Below, piece after piece: positions 47,418 through 56,650 of a DNA stretch of 64,000 bases. Position 1 is the stretch's first letter. The number at the start of each line of letters is the position of its first letter. The notes under the pieces are model-generated. The model was not told where the DNA came from and searched no databases. It saw only the letters and a program-made list of their open reading frames with translations. The position numbers and the translations under genes are program-made. The DNA is taken from assembly GCA_029259745.1 (NCBI GenBank), contig JAJDEO010000069.1:129983-193982 (forward strand), written 5' to 3'. The stretch is from Planctomycetota bacterium (GTDB lineage Bacteria; Planctomycetota; B15-G4).

Positions 47418-48189
47418 CGCCCTGCTCTTGCAGCTCGACTCCCGCGAACACGATGTCCGTCACGTTCGCCATGAGAAGCCGATCGACGACCTTGACGACT
47501 TCGGGATAGGTCAGCCCCTCACCGACATCGAGGACGACCCTGTGGCCTTGCCATGCCTCGGAAGCAGATCGCGCGTGCTCACCGAACGCCGCCAGATCGA
47601 GCACGGCGCCGTCCGGCATGGCGACGGTCGGCCCGGGACGCAAGCCAAGCGTCAGCTTCGGTCCGACAGCCGCATTGACCCCGACATCCTTCGGGAGCTT
47701 CGTCTCGAGCTTCGCCTCAAGCTGCTTGTACTTCGTCAGCGACATGTCCGCCATCTCCAGGAGGCTGAGATCCTCCCCAGCCGCTGGCGTGACCCGCGTG
47801 GCGAGCTGCGTGCGGAGCTGCGGGACGAACGCGAGGACGCCGTCGTTCTCGACGATCGGGACGATGACGCTCCAGCCATGAGCGAAGTCCGCGATGACCG
47901 TCAGCTCGTCCTGCTCGCGGATGCTGAGCGGCGGCTCTGAGAGGTCAACGTCCTCGACGGCCTCGAGACACGTCTCGTAGACCACGTCGACATGCTCGTT
48001 GCCCACGCATGGAAGCGCCGCGAAGGCCAGACGATCCTCGTCAGCGAGTGCCTCGAGCAGCGCAGACGCGAGATCCACCCGTGGTCCCGAGCTGCTGTCG
48101 ACAGGTATGGGGGCAACCCCCGACAGGAACGCGACGAAAAGGACGGCGAGAACGCCGAGGACGCCGAGGACCACCAAGAGCGATTTCAT
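47407..48189 (-). CDS. hypothetical secreted/membrane-anchored protein
   Basis: ATG 48189 (MKSLLVVLGVLGVLAVLFVAFLSG). Listed ORF 47407..48987 is extended upstream by wrong-frame R-rich sequence antisense to the aldolase. Confidence 0.55.
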   Translation of the reverse strand: MKSLLVVLGVLGVLAVLFVAFLSGVAPIPVDSSSGPRVDLASALLEALADEDRLAFAALPCVGNEHVDVVYETCLEAVEDVDLSEPPLSIREQDELTVIADFAHGWSVIVPIVENDGVLAFVPQLRTQLATRVTPAAGEDLSLLEMADMSLTKYKQLEAKLETKLPKDVGVNAAVGPKLTLGLRPGPTVAMPDGAVLDLAAFGEHARSASEAWQGHRVVLDVGEGLTYPEVVKVVDRLLMANVTDIVFAGVELQEQGDGD

Positions 48190-48267
48190 GCGCCCCATCG
48201 TACCGCGGAGCCCCGCAGCCACACCTGCCCCCTTCCCTCGCGCGGGCTCTCGCGCAATCATGGCGGA

Positions 48268-49140
48268 ATGCAGATGTCGCACGATGATCCCACTCCCGAC
48301 GTCAACGACATCCCGGCCGTCGGCTGTGGACGTCCTGTCGTCGATCCCAAGCTCGTCGGTACGCCGATCGGTGCCACGCCCTACAGCGCGCCCGAGTCGC
48401 CGCCCGAACGCCGCGGCGTGCTCACGCAGGCCGGCATCGCCGACAAGGACGCCCTCGCGAAGCAGATCTGCGACGTGATGCGGCTCATGTATCAGAACGA
48501 GTTCGTCGTCGCGAACGACGGCAACGTCTCGTGCCGCCTGCCGAACGGCAACATCCTCATCACGGCCTCGGGCGTCCTGAAGGGTTTCATGACGCCCGAC
48601 CAGGTCATCGAATGCGACCCACAAGGACGCGCGCTCGACGGCCGTAAGGTCACCACCGAGATCCGCATGCACGTCGACGCGTACAACGTGCGGCCCGACG
48701 TGCGCGCCATCGTGCACGGGCATCCGATCTACGCCGTCGCGTTCTCGCTCGCGGGTATCTCGCTCGCGATGTGCGCGATCCCCGAGATCATCGTCACCAT
48801 GGGCACGATCCCGACGGCGCCCTACGCCACGCCGGGCACCGACGACCTGCCCGACGCCCTCGCGCCGTACCTCTCGAAGGGCGACGCGGTGATCATGGAG
48901 CGCCACGGCGTCATCTGCCTCGGCACCGACCTCTTCGACGCGTACAAGAAGATGGAGATGGTCGAGCACACGGCGAAGATCACGCATGCCGCGCGGACGA
49001 TCGGCGAGGTGCGCCCGATCGCGCCCGAAGGCGTCCAGCGTCTGCTCGAGAGTCGCAAGGAGCTCGGCTTCACGATGAAGAACAACCTCTGCGACGGCTG
49101 CGGCGCGCGCGAAGTCTGCGCGTCACCGCTCTACCCGTAG
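48268..49140 (+). CDS. class II aldolase/adducin-family protein (fuculose/rhamnulose-1-phosphate aldolase-like) with N- and C-terminal extensions
   Basis: ATG 48268 or 48274. Aldolase core (VANDGNVSCRL...ITASGV...HGHPIYAVAF...VIMERHGVICLG). ~55-aa N-terminal extension and a ~22-aa Cys-containing C-terminal tail (NNLCDGCGAREVCASPLYP). Confidence 0.8.
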   Translation: MQMSHDDPTPDVNDIPAVGCGRPVVDPKLVGTPIGATPYSAPESPPERRGVLTQAGIADKDALAKQICDVMRLMYQNEFVVANDGNVSCRLPNGNILITASGVLKGFMTPDQVIECDPQGRALDGRKVTTEIRMHVDAYNVRPDVRAIVHGHPIYAVAFSLAGISLAMCAIPEIIVTMGTIPTAPYATPGTDDLPDALAPYLSKGDAVIMERHGVICLGTDLFDAYKKMEMVEHTAKITHAARTIGEVRPIAPEGVQRLLESRKELGFTMKNNLCDGCGAREVCASPLYP

Positions 49141-49296
49141 CGCGATGGCTTGCGGCGCACAGATGGTCCACCGTAACGGCGCTGCGCCGCATGAGCCTCG
49201 GGGTGACGACAGCTCGCCGATGGGTCCGATGCGCACGCGCTTCGCGTTGCTGGCCCTCGTCGCCGCACTGATCGCGCTCGCGCGCATCGCGACGTC

Positions 49297-50037
49297 GTGA
49301 GCGGCCAGCCGGTCGGCCCCAAGCGGATCGTCATCGGCGCTGTCCTCGCGATCCTCGCGATGGTGTTTGCCTACGGCGTGAGCACCACGCGCCAGAGCGC
49401 GCGCTTGACGCACGGCACAGCACCGCCGACGGCTGACCAAGCCGTGCTGCGGGTCGTCAACGCCTACGGCCTGCCCGTGCGAATCGTCGTCACTCCCGAC
49501 AACGGCACGCCCATCGAGTTCTGGCCCGTCGGCCCGGGCAGCGATCACCTCACGCTGCCGGGCAGCGCCGCGCCGGTCGAACTCACCGTCACGACGTACG
49601 CGTTCCGCGACAGGAACGACCTCGCCCCACGAGGAACCCATCGCTTCACGGCCCGCGCCGACGCCGCCGAACGCATGACCGTCTCCATCGACGGCGAGAT
49701 GGAGCTCACGCCCTCCGACGAGGCGACGCCGGGACGTCATGCCTTCAGTGTGCGTGGTGACCCCGAGCGCACGATGCGCGCGTGGTCGTGGACAGAGGCC
49801 GAGCGCGTCAACCGGTCGATCTACACGTCCGAGCAGGGCATCGGCTTCTCGTTCGATCCGACGTTCACGCCCGGCGCAGACATCACGATCACATGGGAAG
49901 TCGCGAGCGTCCGCGCAGCGAGGTCGGCCGAGGTCGTGCTGCGCGCCGGCGACTGCGAAGAACTCATCGTCGATCGCGACGGCACGTGGACGACGCACAC
50001 GCCGGGCGCCTGGCGCGCATGGTGGATGCGCCGCTGA
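49297..50037 (+). CDS. hypothetical membrane-anchored protein
   Basis: GTG start. N-terminal TM (IVIGAVLAILAMVFAYGV). No recognisable domain. Confidence 0.45.
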   Translation: MSGQPVGPKRIVIGAVLAILAMVFAYGVSTTRQSARLTHGTAPPTADQAVLRVVNAYGLPVRIVVTPDNGTPIEFWPVGPGSDHLTLPGSAAPVELTVTTYAFRDRNDLAPRGTHRFTARADAAERMTVSIDGEMELTPSDEATPGRHAFSVRGDPERTMRAWSWTEAERVNRSIYTSEQGIGFSFDPTFTPGADITITWEVASVRAARSAEVVLRAGDCEELIVDRDGTWTTHTPGAWRAWWMRR

Positions 50038-50260
50038 CCGGCACCGGTGCTGCTGTCTCAAGGTGGGCTTTGTCGGATTCATCTCATGCCCACATGTGAT
50101 CTGCGTCGAAGCATGGCGTCCTCTGGGTTGTCCGACGTCCCCAGAGGGCACGTCGACCGATCGCCGGCGATGTCGCGCGATCACGACGCGCTCATCATCG
50201 ACTCGACACCATGACGCTGTCGGACACCGGGGCGACGGGTCGCACACGCGGCCCGTTGCC

Positions 50261-50779
50261 TCATTCGCTCGCCAGCCAAAGAAAGGCGCGCGCGTCCTCG
50301 GAATCGAGCTCCGGGTAGCGCGTCATGCCGAGCTTCTCGGCAACGCGCTGCGACGCGAGGTTTCCCGGCGCAATCGTCGCAATGACGCGCGTCAGCCCGT
50401 GTGCACGGCGGCCGTGCTGCAACATCTCCGCACCGACTTCGGTGGCCAACCCGTGGCCCCACGCCGTCATGCGGTAGGCGTACTTGATCTCGGCGTCGTC
50501 CTGACCGCCTGGATGCACGAGCCCGCAGAAGCCGATCGTCTCGCCATCGGCGCTGCGCACGACGGCCGACATCCCGTACCCGCGCGTCGCGACGTTCGTG
50601 TTCGTGACCTCGACCCAGCGCGCGCACGTCGCGCGGTCGAGCGTCTCGCCGTCACCGAGCGCGGCCATCGTCGCGGCATCGCCGTAGACGGCGTACATCG
50701 CCTCGACGTCGCGTGCCTCGAGTTCGCGGACGCGACAGCGCGCCGTCTCGAAGAGCACGGTCACCAGCCCGACTCCCAC
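50261..50779 (-). CDS. GNAT-family N-acetyltransferase (RimJ/RimL-like)
   Basis: VRELEARDVEAMYAVYGD...GFCGLVHP...EIKYAYRMTAWGHGLATE are GNAT motifs A/B. GTG start. Confidence 0.7.
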   Translation of the reverse strand: MGVGLVTVLFETARCRVRELEARDVEAMYAVYGDAATMAALGDGETLDRATCARWVEVTNTNVATRGYGMSAVVRSADGETIGFCGLVHPGGQDDAEIKYAYRMTAWGHGLATEVGAEMLQHGRRAHGLTRVIATIAPGNLASQRVAEKLGMTRYPELDSEDARAFLWLASE

Positions 50780-51399
50780 ACGACGTCAAGCGCCTCGGCC
50801 AGCGCGATGGGCGTCACCATGACGCGTTCGAGGGGAAGCGCCCCATCTTCCATGGAGCGGATGAACTCTTCGTAGTTCTGCCAGTCGAGCTCGCCGAGCG
50901 TCTCGCGCCGACCGAGCTCCTCGCCGGTGGCTTCCTCGAAGGCCTTCACGATCAGCTCCGAGCAGTAGATCGCCTCGTCGTCCCAGTCGTAGCGGATGTC
51001 GTAGGGCTTGCCGAGGTGGCTCCGCGCGCTCGCGATGACGGCGTCGATCTGGTCGTCCCAACGCTCGTCGAAACGGGCAGCTGTGAACGCACCCACCCGC
51101 CCGCGCCGCATGAAGTGCGTGAGCGGCGTCTCGCGCACCTCACCGAGCGCCTCGAGCACGACGAGTTCGTCACCGCGTCGGGCGACGAGACCGCAGTGCG
51201 AGAACGGACTGCCCGTCGTGCCCTCGATGACGTCGACGAGTTCGTTGCGCGGCAAGGCCTGGAAGATGACGTCGCCCACGCGCGGCACGTATCCCGTCGG
51301 TGCAGTTGTGCTCGTGACGGAAAGCCCCCACACGAGCGCCACGAGCATCGCCGCAGTCGCGACGGCGACGAACGTGGAGACCTGTGAGCGGCGAGCCAT
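50761..51399 (-). CDS. YiiX/YaeF-family permuted papain-like (C92) enzyme, secreted
   Basis: Signal/TM (MARRSQVSTFVAVATAAMLVALVWG). GDVIFQ...SHCGLV...YDIRYDWDDEAIYCSELI is the permuted Cys/His layout. Confidence 0.6.
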   Translation of the reverse strand: MARRSQVSTFVAVATAAMLVALVWGLSVTSTTAPTGYVPRVGDVIFQALPRNELVDVIEGTTGSPFSHCGLVARRGDELVVLEALGEVRETPLTHFMRRGRVGAFTAARFDERWDDQIDAVIASARSHLGKPYDIRYDWDDEAIYCSELIVKAFEEATGEELGRRETLGELDWQNYEEFIRSMEDGALPLERVMVTPIALAEALDVVWESGW

Positions 51400-51800
51400 C
51401 AGGCTTGCAGCGTGGCTGCGGCGTTACGGTAGGCCTTGATCTCGAGCACGTGGTGACTCGGATCTTCGAGGGACAGCTTCGCGTGCTCATCGGGCGTGCC
51501 GCCCGCGAGGACCGTCGGCTCGCGCATGAACGCCACGCCGCGCGCTCGCAGATCGGCGGCGAGCGCCTCCCACTCCTCCCACGGCAGCACGGCACCGAAG
51601 TGACGCTTGCCCTGGGCTTCGCGCGAGAGGATGTCGTCGGGTCGATGGTGCAGTGTGATCTGGTGGCCCCAGAGCAGGATGTCGAGCCACGTGTCGCGCG
51701 TGCGGCCGAGTCGCGCGCCGAGCACGTCGACGTAGAAACGGCGCGCCGCCTCGAGATCGCCGACGTGCAGTGCGAGATGGAAGATGTGTCGGTCGCTCAC
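51399..51800 (-). CDS. VOC-family (glyoxalase/bleomycin resistance/dioxygenase) protein
   Basis: MSDRHIFHLALHVGDLEAARRFYVDVLGARL...HHVLEIK is the VOC beta-alpha-beta-beta-beta pattern. Confidence 0.7.
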   Translation of the reverse strand: MSDRHIFHLALHVGDLEAARRFYVDVLGARLGRTRDTWLDILLWGHQITLHHRPDDILSREAQGKRHFGAVLPWEEWEALAADLRARGVAFMREPTVLAGGTPDEHAKLSLEDPSHHVLEIKAYRNAAATLQA

Positions 51801-51977
51801 GCTGCCGTCTCCGAGAAGACGCCCAGCCTACCCGCTCACGGGAGATCTGCGGAGCGCGCTCGTGGCAAGCTCGCGTCCCGCTCACGGGAACCGCGAGACT
51901 CTGCCCGCGCGCCGTGCGCCGCCGAGATGTCAGCACGCTGGTGGACGCCACCATCGACGCAGAGAGCAGCGCGCGGA

Positions 51978-53480
51978 TCAGGTGTCGCGCAGTCGCAGCG
52001 CACCGGTTGCGTCGGGCACGAGTTCGTAGGTGAACCACCGCTTCACGCCGTTCGCCCGTTCGTAGCGGAACGCGATCACGATCGTGTGGCCGTCCGTGCG
52101 GACATTGATCGCACCGTAGACGCCGACGTTGCGCTTGAAGATCTGGTCGAGCAGCTCCGTACGCTCTGCGTTCAAGACCTCGCGCGCCTCGTCGTCGGCG
52201 ACCTCGTCGAGCGCGGCCTCGAGCGCGTCGAGCCGCTTGCGCAGCCGCGGATCTTCACGCTCGCGCGTCGAGCGCGCCAGCTCCGTGCTGAGGATCAACG
52301 GGCGCGTGCCGCTGCCCTTGCTGCCGAGCAAGCCGAGCAGGTCGGGACGCGGATGGACGTAGCCCTCGTTGTCGCCCGACGACACGACGAACGCGGCGGC
52401 GTGCGTGGCGTCGAGGAACTCTTCGCTCACGTCTGAAGCGCCGTGATGGCAGGTTTTCATGACATCCACGGCGAAGCGTTCGCGTGCAGCCTCGATCATC
52501 GCGCGCGTCTCGGAGATCGTCTGCGGCGCCTCGCCGCCATTGCCGTAGTGCCGAACGAGGAAGTGTTCGGCTGGCGTGTTGAGGTCGCCACCGAAGAGGA
52601 TCGAGACGTCGCGGTAGCAGAGCTTGAGCAGCACCGAGTGGCCGTTCTTCGTCTTGCCGTCGTCCATGGCCGTCGACGTCAGCTTGTCGCCGAAGGGTCG
52701 CAACCCCGGCGTTCCGTTCGGCGTGCGCTCGACGACCGGCCCGAGCACCTCGATCGTGAAGTCGTTCGTGTCCGACGGCGCGAACCCCGGCATCCACGTG
52801 CGACCGTCGACCTGCTCGCCGTGCTCCGTCGAGAGCATACGCACGTCGTCGAAGCGGTCGCTGTTCAGCGCCGTCCAGAGCAACTTCGGGTAGCGCTTGC
52901 CGCCGCGCACCGCGTCATCGGAGTACAGCGCATGCGCCTCGCCCTTCGTGACACGGATGTCCGTGAGGAGCCCGTCTTCGAGCGGGCCGAGCAGGTCGTC
53001 GCCGGTGCGCTCGAGCAAGCCGTTGTGATAGACGACGTCGAACGAGACCTGCTCGTTCTCGAAGATGTCCTGAAATCCGTAGTAGTGGTCCTTGTCAGGG
53101 TGCGTGACGACTGCGGCGTGGAAGCGGAAGGCCGTCTTGAAATCGCGGAAGCGCCACTTCAGGTAGCGATCCATGTTGTCGCCGACGCCCGCGTCGATGA
53201 TGACGATCTGTTCGCTGCCCGTCGGGCGCACCGGCGTGGTCAGGATGCACCCGTCGCCCTGGCCGACGTCGAGGAAGATGAGTTCACAGAGACGCTCTTC
53301 CTGGTAGTCGGACTTCTTGATCGCCATGACCTCCTGCCCCCAGGTGATCTCCGACCACTCGGCATCGATGTCGTCCCCGATGCGCAGCCAGTCCCCCCAG
53401 AGCAGCTGGCGCGTTTTCTTGCTGAGATTCGCGCGTTCGTAGAGGTAGACCGTCGGCCCTTTGGCGTAGCGGATCTGCAT
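51978..53480 (-). CDS. standalone ComEC/Rec2-type MBL-fold metallo-hydrolase with extra N- and C-terminal regions
   Basis: LIFLDVGQGDGCILTTP...VIIDAG...VVTHPDKDHYYG is the ComEC-C-like metallo-beta-lactamase signature (HxHxDH). No ComEC channel domain. Confidence 0.65.
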   Translation of the reverse strand: MQIRYAKGPTVYLYERANLSKKTRQLLWGDWLRIGDDIDAEWSEITWGQEVMAIKKSDYQEERLCELIFLDVGQGDGCILTTPVRPTGSEQIVIIDAGVGDNMDRYLKWRFRDFKTAFRFHAAVVTHPDKDHYYGFQDIFENEQVSFDVVYHNGLLERTGDDLLGPLEDGLLTDIRVTKGEAHALYSDDAVRGGKRYPKLLWTALNSDRFDDVRMLSTEHGEQVDGRTWMPGFAPSDTNDFTIEVLGPVVERTPNGTPGLRPFGDKLTSTAMDDGKTKNGHSVLLKLCYRDVSILFGGDLNTPAEHFLVRHYGNGGEAPQTISETRAMIEAARERFAVDVMKTCHHGASDVSEEFLDATHAAAFVVSSGDNEGYVHPRPDLLGLLGSKGSGTRPLILSTELARSTREREDPRLRKRLDALEAALDEVADDEAREVLNAERTELLDQIFKRNVGVYGAINVRTDGHTIVIAFRYERANGVKRWFTYELVPDATGALRLRDT

Positions 53481-53620
53481 CGAGTGCCCCCGTCGTCGTG
53501 TCGTGTCTGGCCCTCACTCGCTAGCGGATTCGAGGTTGCGAACGAAGGTGCGGCCGTCGCGGCGTCCCTCGCATTCGACGCGCGCGTAGCACCAACCGAC
53601 TCCCGTGCCGGCGAGCATCG

Positions 53621-54529
53621 TCATCCGCCCGACGAGGTCGAAGTCGACGATGGTCGACGCGCCGTCGGTGTCATCCAGCGTTCCAGCCAGTCGCCGACGG
53701 CCCGGCGATACACCTCGCCGCCCGCGCGCTCGAGGTCTTCGTGCACGGCACCTTCGATGAGCATGACCTCGCGCGGGAGGTCCGCCGCCGCTGCCAGAGC
53801 GCGCGTCTCGGCGGCCGTCGTGTGCTCGTCGTCCGCCCCACCGATCACGAGCACGGGACAGTCCACCTCGTGGATGTGATCGATGGGACGCAGGACCTCG
53901 CGCGTGATGCCGAGCCGCGGCTCGAGCTGCACGAGCAGCAGTTCGGCGAGCGGCCGCGACCAGCCGCCGAGGCGCGCAGCGACGCGGTTGCGCACGGCCT
54001 CGTCGATGAACGGATAGACCGACTCGACGACGAGCGCATCGATGTCGAGCGGGCCCGCGAGGATCGCCGCCGCTCCGCCAAGAGAAACGCCGATCACCCC
54101 GATGGGTTCACCGGGATGCTGCGTTCGCGCGAAGTCGACGGCTGCGCGCGCGTCGTGCGCCTCGCGCGCGCCGAACATGATCGTCTCGCCGCTGCTCTCG
54201 CCATGACCCGAGAGGTCGATCAGGACCGACGAGTAGCCGAGGTCGCTCAACCAACGCGCCCGCTCGACCATCGCGAGCCGCGAGGTCCGGATCGGGTGCA
54301 GCAGCACGATGACACCCCGCGACGGCGCCGCTCGCACGTGCCAACCGACAATCGTCTCGCCGGATGCGGTTGCAACCGTGAAGGCGTTCGCGGGAAGCCC
54401 TGCGGGCGGACCACCGATCACGCGCGGCGCGGCTTCGATCAGTCGCCCTGCCACGACCCAGCTCGCGAGACCACCGAGCAACACCGCGGCAATCACACTC
54501 GCGCCGAGCCATCGCGCCGTTCGTTTCAT
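53621..54529 (-). CDS. alpha/beta-hydrolase-fold protein, membrane-anchored
   Basis: N-terminal TM (WLGASVIAAVLLGGLASWVV). HG box VIVLLHP. Nucleophile elbow GVSLGG. Catalytic D/H downstream. Confidence 0.75.
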   Translation of the reverse strand: MKRTARWLGASVIAAVLLGGLASWVVAGRLIEAAPRVIGGPPAGLPANAFTVATASGETIVGWHVRAAPSRGVIVLLHPIRTSRLAMVERARWLSDLGYSSVLIDLSGHGESSGETIMFGAREAHDARAAVDFARTQHPGEPIGVIGVSLGGAAAILAGPLDIDALVVESVYPFIDEAVRNRVAARLGGWSRPLAELLLVQLEPRLGITREVLRPIDHIHEVDCPVLVIGGADDEHTTAAETRALAAAADLPREVMLIEGAVHEDLERAGGEVYRRAVGDWLERWMTPTARRPSSTSTSSGG

Positions 54530-54603
54530 GTCCCGATCGTATCAATCGGCTCGCGTGTGTCTTCAACGGGCGCGCGCCACAGCCAGCGCGTATCCTCTCG
54601 GTC

Positions 54604-55056
54604 ATGCTCAAGATCTACATCGACGCCGACTCCTGCCCCGTCAAGGACGAGGTGTATCGCGTGGCCTACCGCCACACCCTCCGCGTGTACGTCGTCGCGA
54701 ACCAGTCGCTGATGGTCCCCGAGGCTGACGCGATCGAGCTGGTGCTCGTCGGCGATCGCTTCGACGAGGCCGACGACTGGATCGCCGAGCGCGTGACCGC
54801 CGGCGACCTCGTCATCACGGGTGACATCCTGCTCGCCGCGCGCTGCCTCGAGCAGGGCGCCCGCGTGATCGGGACGCGCGGGCGCATCTTCAAGGACGCC
54901 TCGATCGGCGACGCCCTCGCGGCCCGCGAAGCCGCCGCGACCCTGCGCGAGATGGGCATCGACGTGAAGGGTCCGGCGCCGTTCGAGCCGCGTGACCGCT
55001 CGCGCTTCCTGCAGGCCTTCGAAGAGCTCATCCAGGCCATCAAGCGCGGGCGCTGA
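54604..55056 (+). CDS. YaiI/YqgV-family UPF0178 (DUF188) protein
   Basis: MLKIYIDADSCPVKDEVYRVAYRHTLRVYVVAN...ADDWIAERVTAGDLVITGDILLAARCLEQGARVI is the characteristic family sequence. Confidence 0.75.
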   Translation: MLKIYIDADSCPVKDEVYRVAYRHTLRVYVVANQSLMVPEADAIELVLVGDRFDEADDWIAERVTAGDLVITGDILLAARCLEQGARVIGTRGRIFKDASIGDALAAREAAATLREMGIDVKGPAPFEPRDRSRFLQAFEELIQAIKRGR

Positions 55057-55104
55057 GGCGGGCTTCACGCGCAGCGAGCAGGTCGCCGTCGGGCTCCGTG
55101 GAAA

Positions 55105-55390
55105 ACATCGCATCGGATGCGCGACGTGCCACTCCAGCAGGTCGACCGTATTCGAGACATCCCGGGCACCGCCGTCGGAGTACGGCAAGGTGCTGCCGAA
55201 CGGCTGGGCGGTCACGCTCTCGAACGAGATCTACCTCGACCACGAGGGCGTCTGCTGGGAAGTCGCCGGCATTCCGCCGGAGATCGAGATCCCGATCTTC
55301 GACCCGGACGACCTCTATGTCGGACACGTCGAGGCGGTTCAACGCGTGGCCGAGATGATCCGCGCCGGCGCCGAAGACGACGCGCGTTGA
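55105..55390 (+). pseudogene. remnant of a C-terminal-processing (S41-like) peptidase C-terminus
   Basis: Frame ending at 55390 reads ...SEYGKVLPNGWAVTLSNEIYLDHEGVCWEVAGIPPEIEIPIFD..., like the C-terminal region of S41 peptidases. No upstream catalytic domain; it overlaps the YaiI 3' end in another frame. Confidence 0.3.
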
Positions 55391-55560
55391 CTCGGATTCA
55401 TGAACGATCTCCTGCGGTCGCATCCGAAGCCCTCCTGGCAGCGTCGAAGCGACCTTTCTGATCCTCCACAAGGCAGGCCGCCTCCGGTCAGAACCCTCGC
55501 TTCGCCTTGCCGGCAAGGCGAAGCTGCGACCTCGTGACGGTCGTCCATGAACAACCCGGG

Positions 55561-56565
55561 TCAACCCGGTCGTCGAGGCGCTGCCACGACACCGCCGTCA
55601 ACGAGATTGAGATCCCCGGTGCGCCAGCGCGCGCAGAGGTCTCGCGCGGCCTCGCCCCAGTCGGGCTGCTGAAACGTGAACCCCGACTCGAGTAGGCGCG
55701 TCGGCACGACTCGGCGGCTCTTCAGGATCAGCTCCGTCTCGGTGCGCAGGAAGACGGCGCCGATCTCGAGCATCCACGCCGCGGCCGGCAAGCCGAAGCG
55801 CCGGCCCCACGCCGCGCGAATCGCGCGCATGAAGGCGGCGTTCGTCAGTGGGTTCGGTGAACAGAGGTTGATGGCGCCGTCGAGCTCGGCGTGCTCGAGG
55901 ATCCAGAAGATCGCGCGCACGAAATCGGCGTCGTGGATCCAGCTGACGAACTGTCGACCGTCGCCCGACGCACCGCCGAGCCCACGCCGCACGAGCGCGA
56001 GCAAGACGTCGAACACGCCACCCTTGTCGGGACTCATGACCATCGCCGAGCGCAGCTTGACGACGCGCGTGTGGGGCAGTGTCACCGCGTCGGCGGCCGC
56101 TTCCCACGCGCGTGCGACGTCGATGCTGAAGCGCCACGTGTCGGGGACGTCGGGTTCGTCGCCGCCGAGGATGCCCGTCGCTTCGTCGTTCGGCGCGTCG
56201 TAGCGGTGGGCGTAGATCGTCGCCGTGCTCGACTGCAGCCACGTGTGCGGCGGGTGCTTGCTGGCTGCGATGACTTCGCCGAGCGCACGCGTCGTCGTGA
56301 CGCGCGAGTTCATGATCCGCGCGCGGTTGGCCGTCGAGTAGCGACAGTTCACCGTGTGGCCCGCGAGGTTGACGACGACATCCGAGCCGTCGATCTCCTC
56401 GCACCAGGGCCCAGGAACAGTCGGGTCCCAAGTCTCAGTGCGCCAGGGAACGTCGGCGTGCCCCGGCGATCGACTGAGCACGACGACGTCATGCCCGAGA
56501 CCGTGGAATGCCCGTGCGAGCACCGCACCCACCTGCCCTGATCCCCCGGGAAGAACCATCTTCAT
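55561..56565 (-). CDS. TIGR01777-family NAD-dependent epimerase/dehydratase (YfcH-like, DUF1731 C-terminus)
   Basis: ATG 56565 (MKMVLPGGSGQVGAVLARAF...). Rossmann GxxGxxG. DUF1731-like C-terminus. Confidence 0.8.
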   Translation of the reverse strand: MKMVLPGGSGQVGAVLARAFHGLGHDVVVLSRSPGHADVPWRTETWDPTVPGPWCEEIDGSDVVVNLAGHTVNCRYSTANRARIMNSRVTTTRALGEVIAASKHPPHTWLQSSTATIYAHRYDAPNDEATGILGGDEPDVPDTWRFSIDVARAWEAAADAVTLPHTRVVKLRSAMVMSPDKGGVFDVLLALVRRGLGGASGDGRQFVSWIHDADFVRAIFWILEHAELDGAINLCSPNPLTNAAFMRAIRAAWGRRFGLPAAAWMLEIGAVFLRTETELILKSRRVVPTRLLESGFTFQQPDWGEAARDLCARWRTGDLNLVDGGVVAAPRRPG

Positions 56566-56650
56566 CGCGACGCCCCATGTGCTTGAAGTGCGACAGGTCG
56601 TGGCCTGTCGAGAGGCTTCATAGCATGCCGCGACCCGCTCGCCGCCCTCG

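Noticed and set aside
48268-48440. Aldolase N-terminal extension as a definite encapsulation peptide
   Set aside because: Sequence is Pro/Gly-rich without a clear amphipathic helix. Retained only as a hypothesis within the BMC finding, and the C-terminal amphipathic helix plus Cys tail is the better candidate.
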